Part shown: positions 61,076 through 64,000 of the stretch, one piece after another
Numbering within the stretch: position 1 is the stretch's first letter
How the letters are laid out: each line of letters begins with the position of its first letter
Assembly (NCBI RefSeq): GCF_011386835.1
Contig: NC_088807.1
Location: 24,614,001-24,678,000, forward strand
Source: Chrysemys picta bellii
Lineage: Eukaryota
Direction: 5' to 3'
DNA: 64,000 nt
The notes under the pieces: model-generated
What the model was told of the DNA's origin: nothing
What the model saw: the letters and a program-made list of their open reading frames with translations, nothing else
Databases searched by the model: none
Position numbers and translations under genes: made by a program

Positions 61076-62951
61076 GGTATCACGGTTGTTGTGTTTATAA
61101 GAAGCACCCGGAATCTTTTTAAAGGGGAGAAGGAAACACCCCACGGTTCTTGAGAGTACAATTTAAGCACGGAAATCAGCATATGCTTCTATTCACACAC
61201 ACACACACCCCGCACACCCCACACCCACACACAGACACACCCACCCTGCACACCCACCCACACACACAGCCACACGCCCACACCCACACACAGCCACACA
61301 CACACCCCGCACACACACACACACACCCTGCACACCCCACACACACACACGGCCACACACCCACACCCGGCCACACACCCACACCCACACACAGCCACAC
61401 ACCCACACCCGCGCGCGCGCACACACACACACCCCTCACACAGCCACACACCCACACCCTTGCGTGCACACACACACACCTCACACCCCACACACACCCC
61501 GCACACACACACCTCACACCCCACACCCCCCCTGCACACCCACACCCGCACACAGACACACCCACACACACCCCGCACACCCCACACCCAGACACACCCA
61601 CCCCACACACCCAGCCACACACCCACACCCGCGCGTGCACACACCTCACACCTCACACACACGCCACACACCCCACACCCGCACTCAGACACACCCACCC
61701 CAGACACCCCACATCCACACGCAGCCACACACCCGCACACACACACACACACACACCTCACACCCCACACACACACCCCCACACACACCCCCACACACCC
61801 CAAAAGGTTTTGCAGCTGGATCTTAAGTTTCCCAGTCCTTAGTGCCGCTCGGTCAGTCCCAGCGAGAGCTGAAACCGCACACGAGCGCGGGGAGCCCGGC
61901 CTCCGCCAGTCCCCTGGCAACAAGACAAACCACCAAACCCCATCGCTGTGGGGACAGTGGATTCGTGCTATTCTGGGTGGCTCCGCCGCTGGTACCGGCT
62001 TTTCCTGATTTTCTGAAAGCCCAACAGCCCCTGTTTCCACCCCTTTGGGGGTGGCGGATTACTGCTTCAAATATCCCTTCCTGTTACAAACACCCTTGCT
62101 GATTGCAGGCAGAACAGAGACATTAACCCCATACTTCCCTGTGTGGCCGTTCTATAGGCTGGCCAGGTTGCAATTATCTCACTTCTCAGTTATTAAATTC
62201 ACAGGGTGGCATGCCTCAGTTTCCCTTCTTATACAGCAGACCGAGTTTGTAATGTTTTCTCTGCTGTGCTAAACTTTAAGTTTATTCACCGGTAATAGCT
62301 GAGAAGCGTTATTACCCTCTGACTTTAAAGGCGTTTTCCCCCAAATCATACACACTAGGCATTATTACAGGGGTGCTTATTAACATGAAATGTATCCCGG
62401 GGTTTAATATTAACATCAGCTCTATTCCAAGTCTCTTGTTATGCCATGTCTTTTAGTTAGATCATCTGGTTTTGAGGTCAGTGTGTTCGTTGTTCTTTTG
62501 AAATCTTTGCACGGGCTTTAATTGAATTATATCCTTGGGGGTTGGGTGAATTAAAAGATGGGGTGTCAGGCATGTAACCTGTCTTCAGCTTTCAGCCCGG
62601 CAGACACACACACAAAAGTATCGATTTTTTTATTTAACCTGTCTTAGATTTGACTCCTTTTCCCACCTTCCTTTAGAGGGTCATAATTTGAGCCTTTGGC
62701 TTTCAGGTCGTTTGTTTGCTGACCAGGTCTGTTCATTATCTGTTTCTGGGCTGTTCTCTCCTTCCTTCCTCACTTAGGTAATCTGCATCCACACAGACAC
62801 TTTCTGGCCTGCTGTTGGGGCCAAAGCCCTCAGCAGAGCTCAGAGACTCGGCCTTAAATGGGACATGAACAACTTCCACCCGAGGTTCGAGTTCAACTCC
62901 TGCTTCCAAAACACCCAGCGAGCTGAAAACGAAAACCCAACAGATGGTGGC

Positions 62952-63425
62952 TGTGACGAACTGGGACTGTTCTTGCTGGGGTGTGTGAATGCTGACAGGG
63001 GAGTGTGACTAGGATGGTCTGCATCGGGGGATGGGAGCCGGCCCAAGGGAACATACCTGAGCTTGTAACATGAGAACCCAGGAGGGGGTTGGAGGTCAGG
63101 TGACTCCGGGGCCCGGGAAACCGAACAAAGGCTGTGGGAGGGGTCGCTGAAGGCAGAGTGCTGGAAGCGAGCTGGAGAGATGGCTGGAGAGATGGCTGGG
63201 AGGCAGAGATGGCTCTGACCCCCCAAGGGGGGTGGGCTGGCATGCCCTGGGACCCCAAGCTGGACCTAACTGAGGGGGGCCCTGTTGTCTGTGCCTGCAA
63301 GACCTGTCTTGGACTGTGTTCCTGTCATCCAAATAAACCTTCTGCTTTACTGGCTGGCTGAGAGTCATGGTGAATCGCAGGAAGCCGGGGGTGCAGGGCC
63401 CTGAGTTCCCCAATACTCCGTGACA
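62952..63425 (+). mobile_element. Solo LTR (474 bp), same family as 25505-25969
   Basis: TGTGACG...CGTGACA, AATAAA at 63332, 5-bp TSD GTGGC (62947-62951 / 63426-63430). Absent from the mirror site at 33971-33975. Confidence 0.93.
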
Positions 63426-63544
63426 GTGGCTCCCTTTGGAGTCGCATGTTTGGTTCGCATTTCTTGTACCCCTTCTCCAATATACACTGCACACGGCCTG
63501 GGGAAAAGGCACATTCCTGCCGTAGTTTAACTTCTCATAGACTC

Positions 63545-64000
63545 AGAGAATATCAGGGCTGGAAGGGACCTCAGGAGGTATCTAGTCCAACCCCCTGCTC
63601 AAAGCAGGACCAACCCCAACTAAATCATCCCAGCCAGGGCTTTGTCAAGCCGGGCCTTAAAAACCTCTAAGGAAGGAGATTCCACCACCTCCCTAGGGAA
63701 CCCATTCCAGTGTTTCACCACCCTTCTAGTGAAATAGTGTTTCCTAATATCCAACCTGGACCTCCCCCATTGCAACTTGAGACCATTGCTCCTTGTTCTG
63801 TCATCTGCCACCACTGAGAACAATCTAGATCCATCTTCTTTGGAACCTCTTCAGGTAGTTGAAAGCAGCTATCAAATCCCCCCTCACTCTTCTCTTCTGC
63901 AGACTAAACAATCCCAGTTCCCTTAGCCTCTCCTCATAAATCATGTGCTCCAGCCCCCTGATCATTTTTGTTGCCCTCCACTGGACTCTTTCCAATTTGT
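63545..64000 (-). mobile_element. CR1 LINE 3' fragment (mirror of 33401-33865)
   Basis: Reverse complement of the CR1 3' end. Confidence 0.93.

Larger units (their letters stand above)
50387..64000 (-). repeat. Right arm of large inverted duplication (continues past window end)
   Basis: Reverse complement of 33401-46520 with substitutions, indels, VNTR length differences and one LTR insertion. Confidence 0.95.

Overview
GC-rich, tandem-repeat-dense vertebrate genomic DNA, probably a turtle or other sauropsid microchromosome (inferred from CR1-type LINEs and the minisatellite families). It is orthologous to the human Xp11 ARAF/CFP/ELK1/UXT cluster. In order: the first coding exon of ARAF (+); a 500-N gap; UXT exons (+, 5' end lost in the gap); a complete five-coding-exon ELK1 (+); a degenerate LRRN1-like LRR-Ig-FN3-TM gene (-); properdin CFP (+, truncated at a second 500-N gap); and a second inverted CFP copy (-). 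About 33.4-46.5 kb and 50.4-64 kb form one inverted duplication. The arms carry non-overlapping 1-bp CFP frameshifts, different VNTR copy numbers and a solo LTR present in only one arm. The simplest reading is two haplotype contigs scaffolded head-on, but a real palindrome is not excluded. The most notable sequence-level observations are a candidate fourth LRRN ohnolog with an in-frame mucin-like insert, a tandem array of the CFP exon-2 3' end plus its splice donor (11-12 GTGAGT donors), a degenerate ETS/DR1/GC-box motif array just 3' of ELK1, a frame-switching candidate 5'UTR micro-exon in ELK1, and a candidate acidic C-terminal extension exon of CFP. All gene identities come from recalled homologous protein sequences plus hand-checked splice sites and exon phases; no database search was run.
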